A stretch of DNA of 64,000 nucleotides, taken from assembly GCA_040766655.1 (NCBI GenBank), contig JAXGQB010000020.1, positions 28,327 to 92,326 of the forward strand, given 5' to 3'. A model generated the notes under the pieces. That model saw only the letters and a program-made list of their open reading frames with translations. It was not told the origin of the DNA and did no database searches. The stretch's first letter is position 1. Each line of letters opens with the position of its first letter. This DNA comes from Anaerolineae bacterium (lineage in GTDB: Bacteria > Chloroflexota > Anaerolineae > CG2-30-64-16). This document shows, one piece after another, positions 43,693-52,835 of this stretch. Position numbers and translations under genes: made by a program.

Positions 43693-44229
43693 ATGCAAAC
43701 CGACACCTGTAGCCAAGTTCTCGAATCCATCAAGCAGGCGCTAGGCTACTTGTTCGACGATTTCAGCTTCTCCATAACGACGGTCAAGCCAGCCACATCA
43801 GACGGGCGGTGTATGATTGTGTTGTCGTCCGATCAGTGCCGATTTCGAGTCATTTACAACCGAGGGGATCTGGAGGTGGCAGTCGGACCGCTTTCTGCTC
43901 CGATTTCGTGGGAAGCCATCCGTGTGGGAGAAACGCAGTGGTATCACCTCAAGAGTGCGCTTGACTACGTCCGAGATAACAAGTTCCCGAATCTGGGCGA
44001 TTTGCGCAGGCCGGTACCGTTCATGACGCTGGAGCAAAAGATCGCGCAAGTTTCATTGAACTTAAGGCCGGATTGCTGGAAAGTAGTACAACTCTTCAGC
44101 GACAAATCCTTTGTCACCGAGCAGCATGAATTGGATCAGTTCCTCCGCGAGCAGAGTGAGCATGTACGAAAACAGTTGGTTGAATGGCAAAGCGAGCAAA
44201 GGAGCCAACTGGGTCGCCAAGATGCGTGA
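43693..44229 (+). CDS. Putative cognate immunity protein of the RHS toxin
   Basis: 178 aa, starting 12 nt after the RHS stop codon with an AAAGGAGAG RBS. It shares the low G+C of the toxin tip. No recognised motif; the call rests on position alone. Confidence 0.6.
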   Translation: MQTDTCSQVLESIKQALGYLFDDFSFSITTVKPATSDGRCMIVLSSDQCRFRVIYNRGDLEVAVGPLSAPISWEAIRVGETQWYHLKSALDYVRDNKFPNLGDLRRPVPFMTLEQKIAQVSLNLRPDCWKVVQLFSDKSFVTEQHELDQFLREQSEHVRKQLVEWQSEQRSQLGRQDA

Positions 44230-44588
44230 TGCGATGAATCCGCCATCGGGATGATGCCTACTGCCTCAGCATTGTGCGCCGTCCTTGAATCGGAGGGCCG
44301 GGCTGGAGGATAGGGCAACTGCTGGAGAGCAACCCGAGCGCCAGCCAGGGGGAACTGGGGCGGGCAGGGCCACCTGTCCGCCGGCTTCCCCAGTCAGTTC
44401 TCGTGATGGTCTCCGAAGTCTTGAACGCGAAATGACAGGTCAAGGGGAGGATCGACCTCACGGCTCTCGCTGAACAAGGGGAGATGGTGCGAATAGTGGC
44501 TGACGGATCCGCCGCGTTTGTGGAGCACACTGGCAAGAAGCGGTTGCGGGTCGAAAGCGTGAGCAAGAGCTGAAGTAAATGACTTACC

Positions 44589-44684
44589 TTCCGTCCGACA
44601 TGGTTTCCACAGACCCGGTTGCACGCACATCTCACCCGGCAGCGCGGGTGCGGCGGCAGCGCCAAGGAAGGTGTTCCGTAAAAT
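44589..44684 (+). repeat. RHS leader repeat, copy B (start codon position reads GTA; no ORF follows)
   Basis: Direct repeat of 37481-37580. It lies between the immunity gene and the convergent larA-like gene. GTG is replaced by GTA at 44678-44680. Confidence 0.8.
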
Positions 44685-44708
44685 TGCGCATGGCGCGCTC
44701 ATATACAC

Positions 44709-45980
44709 CTACTCCGGGATAAACGGCACGGTCTGCGGGCCCTCGGGCAGCACGCAGATGCGCGTATCAGGTCCATAACGTGCCGCGAGCTCGCGAACCG
44801 TCCGCCCGATGTCGCGGCACGGCCTGAGCAGCGCGGCGGTAATGTCGCCATCCGACAGGTGATCGCTGTACACGTACACCTCGGCCACCTGCTGGATCTG
44901 GGCCTGAATCTGCGCCTGCCACTGGTCCTGCGCCAGGAAGCCGGGCGCCATGATCCGGTCGAGCAGCGCGGCCGGGTCGGGGGCGCTGCGCAATAACTGC
45001 CCGAACATCCCGTGTTCCGGGATGCCGTCCCAACACTCCGCGGCGACGATGATCGCACCTCCCGGCTTGACTACCTGCGCGGCCGCGGCCATCCCCTTGA
45101 CGGCCTGGTACAGGTTCAGGTCCAGCGGATAGCCGGAGTTGGAGGTGACGACGATGTCGAACCGCCCGTCGACCGGCTGCATGGCGGTGTCGCGCACGAA
45201 ATCGCACCCGCAGGCATGCGCCTCGGCCAGGTCGCCCGCGAACACCCCGGTGATCTCCTTGTGCTTGTTGAGCGTCACGTTGCAGAGGAAGCTGCTGCCG
45301 GCCCGCGCGGCAACTTCCCGGATCTCGTCGAGGATCGGGTTGCCGTCGGTGACGCCGTAGGTGGCCCGGGGGTGGGCGATCATCCCCGCATCGTGGTTGC
45401 CCAGCACCGTCTCCTGCCCCGCCATCCCGGGCATCAGCGCCTTGCCCCCGCCCGAAAAGCCCGCGAAGAAGTGCGGCTCGATGAAACCGGTAAGGATCCG
45501 CGCGTCGCACGCCAGCACCTCCCGGTTCAGCCAGATGTCGTGGCCGCGCGCGCTGCGCCCGAGATGGGCCTGGGTGCTCCGGTCGAAGGCGTCGTTCTGC
45601 ACGATGCGATATGAGCCGACCACCTCGTCGCCGAGCATGGTCCGCAGCTCCGCGTTCGTGTTGGGCCTGTGCGTGCCCAACGCGTTGAAGAGGACGATCT
45701 CCGCGGCGGAGCAGGCACGCAGGGCCTCGAGCACGGGGGGGATCAACACGTGGTTGGGCGTCGGCCGGGTGATGTCGCTGAACACGACGCCGATGCGCTG
45801 CACGCCGGCCACGTACTCCGCCAGGGTCGGGCCGCCGATGGGCGCCGCGAGCGCCTCTCGGATGGCTTCGGCCGGCCAGACCAGGCCCGGAACGAAGCGC
45901 GGCTCCACCACGGTGACCGCCAGATCTTCCGGCAGTTCGACGTCCAGCCCCCGCTTCCCGTATGCCAGCGTGACGATCAT
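44709..45980 (-). CDS. larA: Lactate racemase-like (LarA / DUF2088 family) nickel-pincer-cofactor enzyme homolog
   Basis: ATG 45980 (GGAGAGGAG RBS) gives MIVTLAYGKRGLDVELPE. Contains NALGTHR, GFIEPHFFAGFSGGGKAL and the TSNSGYPLDLNLYQAVKG motif typical of LarA. Confidence 0.8.
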   Translation of the reverse strand: MIVTLAYGKRGLDVELPEDLAVTVVEPRFVPGLVWPAEAIREALAAPIGGPTLAEYVAGVQRIGVVFSDITRPTPNHVLIPPVLEALRACSAAEIVLFNALGTHRPNTNAELRTMLGDEVVGSYRIVQNDAFDRSTQAHLGRSARGHDIWLNREVLACDARILTGFIEPHFFAGFSGGGKALMPGMAGQETVLGNHDAGMIAHPRATYGVTDGNPILDEIREVAARAGSSFLCNVTLNKHKEITGVFAGDLAEAHACGCDFVRDTAMQPVDGRFDIVVTSNSGYPLDLNLYQAVKGMAAAAQVVKPGGAIIVAAECWDGIPEHGMFGQLLRSAPDPAALLDRIMAPGFLAQDQWQAQIQAQIQQVAEVYVYSDHLSDGDITAALLRPCRDIGRTVRELAARYGPDTRICVLPEGPQTVPFIPE

Positions 45981-46085
45981 CGGTGTCTCCTCTCCGCCGC
46001 GCGCTGCAGCGGCGCGCGTTGTCGCGTGGATTGTAGCAGTGAGGGTGTCTTGCCGCAAAGCAGCGTCGCCGCTCTACACCATAAA

Positions 46086-46189
46086 GACCTCCGAGGTCGC
46101 GCCGACCTAAGGTTGGCGCGAGACCTCCCAGGTCGCGCAAACCAAAGGTTGGCGCGAGACCTCCGAGGTCTCGGAGACCTCGGAGGTCT
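46086..46189. repeat. Tandem 36-bp palindromic units plus a GACCTCCGAGGTC palindrome cluster
   Basis: The units are GACCTCCGAGGTCGCGCCGACCTAAGGTTGGCGCGA (46086-46121) and GACCTCCCAGGTCGCGCAAACCAAAGGTTGGCGCGA (46122-46157), followed by GACCTCCGAGGTCTCGGAGACCTCGGAGGTCT. Located in the divergent larA/pirin intergenic region. Confidence 0.88.
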
Positions 46190-46269
46190 GCCGTATGCCG
46201 CCCGCCCCATTGCGCGGCATCCGATTCCGGGCTATACTGCGGCTACCATCGACGAGGGAGGCGCACATC

Positions 46270-47184
46270 ATGGCCCGGATCAGGCACATTCGCAAGGTCA
46301 TCAAGGCCCGGCCGACGATCGAGGGCGCGGGTGTTCATCTCAACAGGGTCATCGGTTTCGGAGATCCCGAGCTGACGGACCCCTTCCTGCTACTGGACGA
46401 CTTCCGCTCCGACACGCCGGAGCACTACCGCAAGGGCTTCCCCTGGCATCCCCATCGCGGCATCGAGACGATCACGTACGTGACGGCCGGCGAAGTGGAG
46501 CACCGCGACAGCACGGGCAACCGGGGCGTCATCGCGGCCGGCGACGTGCAGTGGATGACCGCGGGCAACGGCATCCAGCACCAGGAGATGCCCGCGGGCG
46601 ACAGCCGGGGACGGATGTACGGCTTCCAGCTCTGGGCGAACCTGCCCGCCTCACACAAGATGATGGACCCGCGCTACCAGGGCATCACCGCGGCCGAGAT
46701 CCCGGAGGTGACCGACGCCGGAGGCAGCCGGATCAAGATCATCTGCGGCGAGGTCAACGGCGTGCTCGGCCCGGTGCGGGACATCGTCACCGATCCCGAA
46801 TACCTGGACGTGACCGTTCCGGCGGGCGCGACCTTCACGCGGTCCACCCCGGCCGGCCACACCGTCTTCGCGTACGTGATCGACGGCCGAGGCGTCTTCA
46901 GCGACCAGAAGGACCCGTACAGCTACGAGGCCGAGGGCGCGAACTACTTCGACATGGAGCGCGATCCGCTGATCGGCAACCGCCACCTCGTGCTCTTCGG
47001 CGACGGCGACCAGGTCGTGGTCCGGGCGGAGCAGGAACCCGTGCGCTTCCTGCTGATCTCGGGCAGGCCGATCCGGGAGCCGGTGGCCTGGTACGGCCCG
47101 ATCGTGATGAACACGCGCGAGGAGCTGCAGACCGCGTTCGAGGAGCTGCGGGCCGGCACGTTCATCAAGAGTCGCGGCCGGTAA
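46270..47184 (+). CDS. Pirin family protein (bicupin)
   Basis: GGGAGG RBS. MARIRHIRKVIKARPTIEGAGVHLNRV...FPWHPHRGIETITYV...VQWMTAGNGIQHQEMP is the canonical pirin N-cupin signature. Confidence 0.9.
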   Translation: MARIRHIRKVIKARPTIEGAGVHLNRVIGFGDPELTDPFLLLDDFRSDTPEHYRKGFPWHPHRGIETITYVTAGEVEHRDSTGNRGVIAAGDVQWMTAGNGIQHQEMPAGDSRGRMYGFQLWANLPASHKMMDPRYQGITAAEIPEVTDAGGSRIKIICGEVNGVLGPVRDIVTDPEYLDVTVPAGATFTRSTPAGHTVFAYVIDGRGVFSDQKDPYSYEAEGANYFDMERDPLIGNRHLVLFGDGDQVVVRAEQEPVRFLLISGRPIREPVAWYGPIVMNTREELQTAFEELRAGTFIKSRGR

Positions 47185-47221
47185 CGGCAAGCCCAAGCCA
47201 CATAACCATCCATGAGCCCGG

Positions 47222-47244
47222 GGCCGGCGTGTCATGCGCCGGCC
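47222..47244. terminator. Stem-loop between the convergent pirin and MFS genes
   Basis: GGCCGGCG-tgtcatg-CGCCGGCC, an 8-bp G+C stem in the 69-nt convergent gap. No clear U-tract. Confidence 0.45.
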
Positions 47245-47253
47245 TTGTCGCGC

Positions 47254-48432
47254 TCAGTCCTCGTCGCCTCCCATCCGCCGGGGCCGGGCGACCACGGCAG
47301 CGCCGGCCAGGCCCAGCACCAGCGCCAGCACAGCCGTGATCCAGAACATCGTCGTGATGCCCAGGTGCTCCGCGAGCATGCCGGAGAACCAAGGACCCAC
47401 GAAGGTGCCGACCGCGTAGGTGGACTGGTGCAGCCCCACGGCAGACGAACGCTCCGATTCCTGCACGCGCGCCAGGGCGACGCCCATCAGCACGGGATAA
47501 CCCAGCCCGATGCCCACCCCGACCAGCATCGACGATGCCATGAGCCAGGGCAACCCGGGACCGAGCGCAGCGCATGCCGCACCTGCGGCCAGCGCTGCAA
47601 CCTCCCCGAAGATGAGCGGCTGGATGCGGAAGCGCCGCACCAGCCGCGTGTTCGCGAGCAGCGTGGCCGTGTAGACGAGGAGGTGCAGCGACGTGATCAG
47701 GCTGATGGCATGGTCGTCGATGCCCGCGCGCACGGCTGCGACCGGAATGAACCCCACCACGATCCCCTGGTAGATGTACTGCCCCAGGCCGTTGAGCAGC
47801 GCGGGCACGAGGAGGTCGCGCCGGACCGCCAGCCGCCAGAGAGCAGGGAGGCTGGGGGCCTTGCGCGGCAGGCGCTCCTCGGGGATCAGGAGGGCGATCA
47901 GGAGCGCGAGCCCTGCACTCCCTGCGGAGACCACGAACGCCAGCGGGTAGCCGCCGATGCTGTTAAGAACGCCGGTGACGCTGGTGGCTGCGATGCCGGC
48001 GACGGCAGTTGCCAGGGTGAGGATCGTCGTCGCGCGGATGGCCTCACCGCGCGGGAAGAATGAATTGAAGAAGACAACCAGCGGCACCCACACGCCCGCG
48101 GCCACCCCGGTCAGCGCGCGACCGGCCAGCAATGCGCTCGCGGAGCGCGCCGAGGCCATCACCAGCGCGCCGGTGGCCGCCAGGGCCAACCCGGCGACGA
48201 TGAACGGCTTGCGGCGCCCCAGCCAATCCGCGGCCAGGCCGGTCGAAAGCCGCGAGAACGTCTGCCACAGGCCGTACATGGAGAGGATCACCCCGACGAC
48301 GGCCAGGTTTGCGGTCAGGGTGCCCGCGTAGGCCGGAAGGGTCGGTACGTAGACGTACACCGCCGTGTAGAACAGCAGCGTCACCGCCACGATCATGGTG
48401 GGCGCGAGTCGTTGTCGTCGTGATGGAGTCAT
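47254..48432 (-). CDS. MFS transporter
   Basis: About 392 aa with 12 hydrophobic segments and the MFS loop motif GLAADWLGRRKP. Start taken at ATG 48432 and is uncertain. Confidence 0.85.
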   Translation of the reverse strand: MTPSRRQRLAPTMIVAVTLLFYTAVYVYVPTLPAYAGTLTANLAVVGVILSMYGLWQTFSRLSTGLAADWLGRRKPFIVAGLALAATGALVMASARSASALLAGRALTGVAAGVWVPLVVFFNSFFPRGEAIRATTILTLATAVAGIAATSVTGVLNSIGGYPLAFVVSAGSAGLALLIALLIPEERLPRKAPSLPALWRLAVRRDLLVPALLNGLGQYIYQGIVVGFIPVAAVRAGIDDHAISLITSLHLLVYTATLLANTRLVRRFRIQPLIFGEVAALAAGAACAALGPGLPWLMASSMLVGVGIGLGYPVLMGVALARVQESERSSAVGLHQSTYAVGTFVGPWFSGMLAEHLGITTMFWITAVLALVLGLAGAAVVARPRRMGGDED

Positions 48433-48621
48433 GGTCCGGCACACCGGTGTGGTTCAGGGATGGCGGGGCGGCGTCATGGGGACGGGAGCTACAGGGTCCT
48501 CACCGGCCCCCTGCGTTGGGAAGTGTCGCGCTCGCAGCCGACAATGCTGCTTGCGGCCCGGCCTTCCCCATGCTATGCTTGCCATCCAGATGGCATCCGC
48601 GACGCCCAGGAGGATGATAGC

Positions 48622-49434
48622 ATGAAAGTCCAGAACAAGATTATTGTGGTCACAGGCGGTGGCAACGGCATCGGCCGCGAGCTGGTCCTGGCCCTGTTGG
48701 CGAGGGGCGCCAGTGTCGCTGCGGCCGACATGAACGAGACGGCGCTGCAGGAGACCGTGCAGCTCGCCGGACCGAACAGCGCGCGGCTATCGACGCACGT
48801 CGTGAACGTCACGAACCGGGAGGTCGTCGAAGCGCTCCCGGCCGAGGTGATCGCGGCCCACGGCGCGGTCGACGGCCTGATCAACAATGCCGGCATCATC
48901 CAGCCGTTCGTCAGGGTCAAGGATCTTGATTATGCTGCGATCGAGCGGGTGATGAACGTCAACTTCTACGGCACGCTGTACATGACGAAGACGTTCCTGC
49001 CCCACCTGCTGGCCAGACCCGAGGCGCACATCGCCAACGTCTCCAGCATGGGCGGGTTCCTGCCCGTGCCCGGGCAGACCATCTACGGGGCCGCGAAGGC
49101 CGCGGTCAAGCTCTTCACCGAGGGCCTGCACTCCGAGCTCTCGAACACGAACGTCAAGGTGACGGTCATCTTTCCCGGCGCGGTCGGCACCAACATCGCC
49201 GCGCACTCCGGCGTCACCGCCAGCCATGCCGCGCAGCAGAACAACGGCAAGCAGGCCATCAAGCCGCTGGCGCCCAGCGAGGCCGCCCGGATCATGCTCG
49301 ACGGGATCGAACGGAACCACTACCGCGTGATGGTTGGGCCGGACTCCACGATGTTGGACCTCGTGTACCGGTTCAACGCGCCGTTCGCGGCCCGGTTCAT
49401 CTCGAAGCAGATGGCCGCGCTGCTGGCGGAATAG
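48622..49434 (+). CDS. SDR-family oxidoreductase
   Basis: AGGAGGA RBS. MKVQNKIIVVTGGGNGIGREL (TGxxxGIG), NNAG, and the YGAAK catalytic YxxxK motif. Confidence 0.9.
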   Translation: MKVQNKIIVVTGGGNGIGRELVLALLARGASVAAADMNETALQETVQLAGPNSARLSTHVVNVTNREVVEALPAEVIAAHGAVDGLINNAGIIQPFVRVKDLDYAAIERVMNVNFYGTLYMTKTFLPHLLARPEAHIANVSSMGGFLPVPGQTIYGAAKAAVKLFTEGLHSELSNTNVKVTVIFPGAVGTNIAAHSGVTASHAAQQNNGKQAIKPLAPSEAARIMLDGIERNHYRVMVGPDSTMLDLVYRFNAPFAARFISKQMAALLAE

Positions 49435-49444
49435 GGCCGCACCT

Positions 49445-49487
49445 GAACGTGCGGCTTGGCACGTTCCGTGCGGCTTGGCACGGAACG
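49445..49487 (+). terminator. Two overlapping hairpins formed by a tandem ~21-nt duplication downstream of the SDR gene
   Basis: GAACGTGC-ggcttg-GCACGTTC (49445-49466) and CGTTCCGTGC-ggcttg-GCACGGAACG (49462-49487) share 5 nt. No U-tract. Confidence 0.4.
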
Positions 49488-50050
49488 TGAGGCGCCCCAC
49501 GGAACCAAGGGAACCCACCGTGGCAGCGGCGGATCACCCAACCGCTGCCATCTCCCGGACCTCGTGCCTGCAATCCAGCGCCACCACAACATCCAATTCG
49601 AACTGGCGGCCCTGCCGCGGGGCGACCCCGCGGTGGGGGTCGGTCACCTTCACGGGCGATCCGTCAATGGGAGCGACGCGGGCGGCCAAGGCATGCGGGG
49701 CAGGACGAACGACATGCAATGCCTCCCACAGCGCCTCTGCGCCGCCACCCAGCAGCAGGCCGCGAGGCACGTCACGATCGGGCGCCGGGGCGTCGAGGTG
49801 CAGACAAACACCTGCTTGCATTCTATCGCCTGGTCAGTCCCTGTCAAGAGTCAAGACGGCCGGACGAGCGGATCGTCCAACGCTACCGGCCGTGGCGGAC
49901 ATTGTGATTTCTCGCATCAAACGCTAACGAAACGGTACGTCTGCTACGCTGGCCCCCGAAGTCGGCCCTCGATATCGGAGAGCGACATCCGTCCCTGACA
50001 TCACTACGTCGCGCTGGGCGACAGCTTCACTGAGAGGATCGGTGATCAAG

Positions 50051-50575
50051 ATGAACAGGCTACCTCGAGTCTTGCCCTTGGCCCTCCTGTTCCTCGTGCT
50101 CGTGCCAGCCCTGGCCCTGGCACAGTCGGGCGGGCCATATGACCTCTCCTGGAGCACGATCGACGGCGGCGGCCACACCTTCAGCGCGGGCGGGTCGTAC
50201 GAATTGGGCGGCACGGCCGGACAGGCGGACGCCGGGTTGATGAGCGGCGGCAACTACGAGCTCAGCGCCGGCTTCTGGCTGTGCGTCACCGCGGAGGTGG
50301 CCGCCGCAGGTATCGCAACCAGCGGCGCAACCGTCACCCTGACCTGGACCGCCGGCGAGCCGACGGCCAACATCTACCGCGGCCAGGACGATCCCTACTT
50401 CACGCCGGGTGCGGTCTATGCCGGCGGGGTAAGCAGCGGTTGGACCGATACCGGTGCGGCCGGCAACCCCGCGCACAACGACACCTACATCATCCGCGCC
50501 CAGGGCGGCTGCGGCGAGTCGGCCGACAGCCGGCGGCTGGGCGAGTTCGATTTCGCCCTGACCCCCGGGACTTGA
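50051..50575 (+). CDS. Small secreted protein: Gly-rich N-domain plus FN3-like domain ending in LGEFDFALTPGT (cassette 2, gene 1)
   Basis: MNRLPRVLPLALLFLVLVPALALAQ signal (the track ORF begins at GTG 50042). YDLSWSTIDGGG...SYELGGTAGQADAG...YELSAGFW. Paralog of 22358-22927. Confidence 0.8.
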   Translation: MNRLPRVLPLALLFLVLVPALALAQSGGPYDLSWSTIDGGGHTFSAGGSYELGGTAGQADAGLMSGGNYELSAGFWLCVTAEVAAAGIATSGATVTLTWTAGEPTANIYRGQDDPYFTPGAVYAGGVSSGWTDTGAAGNPAHNDTYIIRAQGGCGESADSRRLGEFDFALTPGT

Positions 50576-50677
50576 CGCTCGCGTCACAGCCGGAGCTGGC
50601 AGATTCGGGCGGAGAGGCAGCGCCTCTGATTTGCGCCGCGGGCGCACCTGACCGAGTCGGGACTGGAGGAGACGGAC

Positions 50678-52666
50678 ATGCATACACGAAAAACACTGGC
50701 GTTGATGCTGGCGCTGCTGATGGCATTAAGCGCGCTGGCTGGCGGCGTGGCTGCCGCACAGGCGCCGGCGGAGGCGGGGCCGGCTGGCATCGGGCCCGAA
50801 GCGGCTCTCGCCGCCGTGAGCACCGGCTTCACGTACCAGGGACGGCTGACCGACGCCGGCAACCCAGCCGCCGGTCCCTATGACTTCGTGTTCCGGCTGT
50901 ACGATGCGCTGACCGGCGGCAGCCAGGTGGGCGGGATCGTCACCCAGGGCGACGTGGCCGTCAGCAACGGCCTGTTCACGGTCAGCCTGGATTTCGGTGT
51001 GGTCTTCGACGGCGCCGCGCGCTGGCTGGAGATCGCCGTGCGGCCAGGGGCCAGCAATGACGCCTACGCAATCCTCAGCCCGCGGCAGGCGCTGGCGGCC
51101 ACGCCCTATGCCCTTCACTCGTTGAGCACGGCAGCCCACGACCACTTCGGCGAGACGTGGACCGGCGCGACGGTTGGCGATGGCCTGCGGGTGGAAAACA
51201 CGGCCGCAAGTGGCTACGCCTACGGCGTCACCGGCCAGAGCGCCAGCACCAGCGGCCGCGGCGTCTACGGCTATGCCAGCGCGGCCAGTGGTACGACCTA
51301 TGGGGTGCAAGGCCAGTCTGCCAGCACAGATGGCCGTGGGGTGTATGGTCTGGTCACGACCAGCAGCGGGCCAGCCTCAGGCGTCTTCGGGGAGAGCACC
51401 AGCACCGGCGGCCGCGGCGTCTACGGCAGAGCGACGGCCACCAGCGGCCAGGCCTTCGGGGTGCACGGCGTGTCGGCGAGCAGCAACGGCCGCGGCCTGT
51501 ACGGGCACGCCACGTCCGCCAGCGGCTCGACGTACGGTGTGGTCGGCGAGACCGAGAGCACGACCGGCGCCGGCGTGCAAGGCATTGCCTCCTCCTTCAC
51601 CGGCATCAACTATGGCGTGTGGGGTCTGTCCCCCAGCACCGCTGGCACCGGGGTGCTGGGCCAGGCTTCAGCCGCCACCGGCACCACCTTCGGCGTTTAT
51701 GGCCAGTCCTCCAGCGACCAGGGTTACGGAGTGTACGGCGTGACCTGGGCGAACACGGGCGTCACCTATGGCGTGTACGGCAGGGCCCTGAGCACCAGCG
51801 GCTACGCCGGCTATTTCACGGGCAAGGGACCCGATGCCGTGGTCGTCACAAACACCGGCGCCGGCCGAGGGATCTCCGTCGAAACCTCCACCGACACGGC
51901 GATCTGGGCCATAACCGACGCCGGCCTTGCCGCCGTCGACGGCCGCGCGGCCGGTGCAACCGGGCGGGGCCTGTACGGCTTCGCTACAGCCGCAGCCGGT
52001 GCGAACTCAGGGGTGTACGGCCGCACCGCCAGCACCGACGGCCGCGGGGTCTACGGCTGGGCTGAAGCCACCAGCGGCACCAACTACGGGGTGTACGGGC
52101 GCACCAGCAGCGCCTCCGGCTATGCCGGATACTTCCAGGGCAACCTTCGCACGACCGCCACGCTGACCAAGGCGGCCGGCTCGTTCAAGATCGACCACCC
52201 ACTCGATCCGGCAAACCAGTATCTCTCCCACTCGTTCGTCGAGTCGCCCGACATGATGAACCTCTACAACGGTAACGCCGTTCTGGATGCCCAAGGCGAG
52301 GCCACGGTAATCCTGCCCGAGTGGTTCGAGGCGCTGAACCAGGACTTCCGCTACCAGTTGACGCCCGTCGGCGCGGCCATGCCCAACCTGTACGTCGCGC
52401 AGAAGGTTCAAGACAACACGTTCCGGATCGCGGGCGGCGTGCCCGGCATGGAGGTCTCCTGGATGGTGACCGGCATCCGTCACGATGCCTACGCCAACGC
52501 TCACCGCATCCCAGTGGAAGAGCAGAAGCCGGCAGAGGAGAGGGGTCTCTACCTGCACCCCACCGAACTGGGCCAGCCGGCAGAACTGGGGCTGGATCAT
52601 CAGCGGGACACTGACCAGTCGCAGCAGAACGGACCAGGCATACCGGGGCAAGCCGCAACGAAGTGA
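50678..52666 (+). CDS. Secreted fibre-like protein with 13-residue repeats and a conserved C-terminal FKIDHPLDP domain (cassette 2, gene 2)
   Basis: GGAGGAG RBS. Signal MHTRKTLALMLALLMALSALAGGVAAAQA. FTYQGRLTDAGNPAAGPYDF head and more than 20 GV-G-S-S--G repeats. The C-terminal domain aligns with 24190-24672 at high DNA identity by eye. Confidence 0.85.
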   Translation: MHTRKTLALMLALLMALSALAGGVAAAQAPAEAGPAGIGPEAALAAVSTGFTYQGRLTDAGNPAAGPYDFVFRLYDALTGGSQVGGIVTQGDVAVSNGLFTVSLDFGVVFDGAARWLEIAVRPGASNDAYAILSPRQALAATPYALHSLSTAAHDHFGETWTGATVGDGLRVENTAASGYAYGVTGQSASTSGRGVYGYASAASGTTYGVQGQSASTDGRGVYGLVTTSSGPASGVFGESTSTGGRGVYGRATATSGQAFGVHGVSASSNGRGLYGHATSASGSTYGVVGETESTTGAGVQGIASSFTGINYGVWGLSPSTAGTGVLGQASAATGTTFGVYGQSSSDQGYGVYGVTWANTGVTYGVYGRALSTSGYAGYFTGKGPDAVVVTNTGAGRGISVETSTDTAIWAITDAGLAAVDGRAAGATGRGLYGFATAAAGANSGVYGRTASTDGRGVYGWAEATSGTNYGVYGRTSSASGYAGYFQGNLRTTATLTKAAGSFKIDHPLDPANQYLSHSFVESPDMMNLYNGNAVLDAQGEATVILPEWFEALNQDFRYQLTPVGAAMPNLYVAQKVQDNTFRIAGGVPGMEVSWMVTGIRHDAYANAHRIPVEEQKPAEERGLYLHPTELGQPAELGLDHQRDTDQSQQNGPGIPGQAATK

Positions 52667-52835
52667 ACGTGTCCCAGGCAACAGCACCCGCCGCCTGTTC
52701 GTTGCTTGGCAGGGTCATCTTGCGGCGATCCGAGTGAGGCGACGGACGACGCAGAGGAAACGTTCGTGAAACGGCACTTGTGATATGGTAATTATCAACT
52801 TGTACTATACCGTGGACGACAGGAGATGCCTGGAC

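Noticed and set aside
49534-49821. 95-aa minus-strand ORF with a faint resemblance (LLLGGGAEALWEAL...) to RibD_C/DHFR-like proteins; considered as a gene remnant
   Set aside because: The resemblance rests on one short Gly-rich block. There is no start context, and overlapping ORFs in other frames look equally (im)plausible. The 49.5-50.0 kb region is left unannotated.
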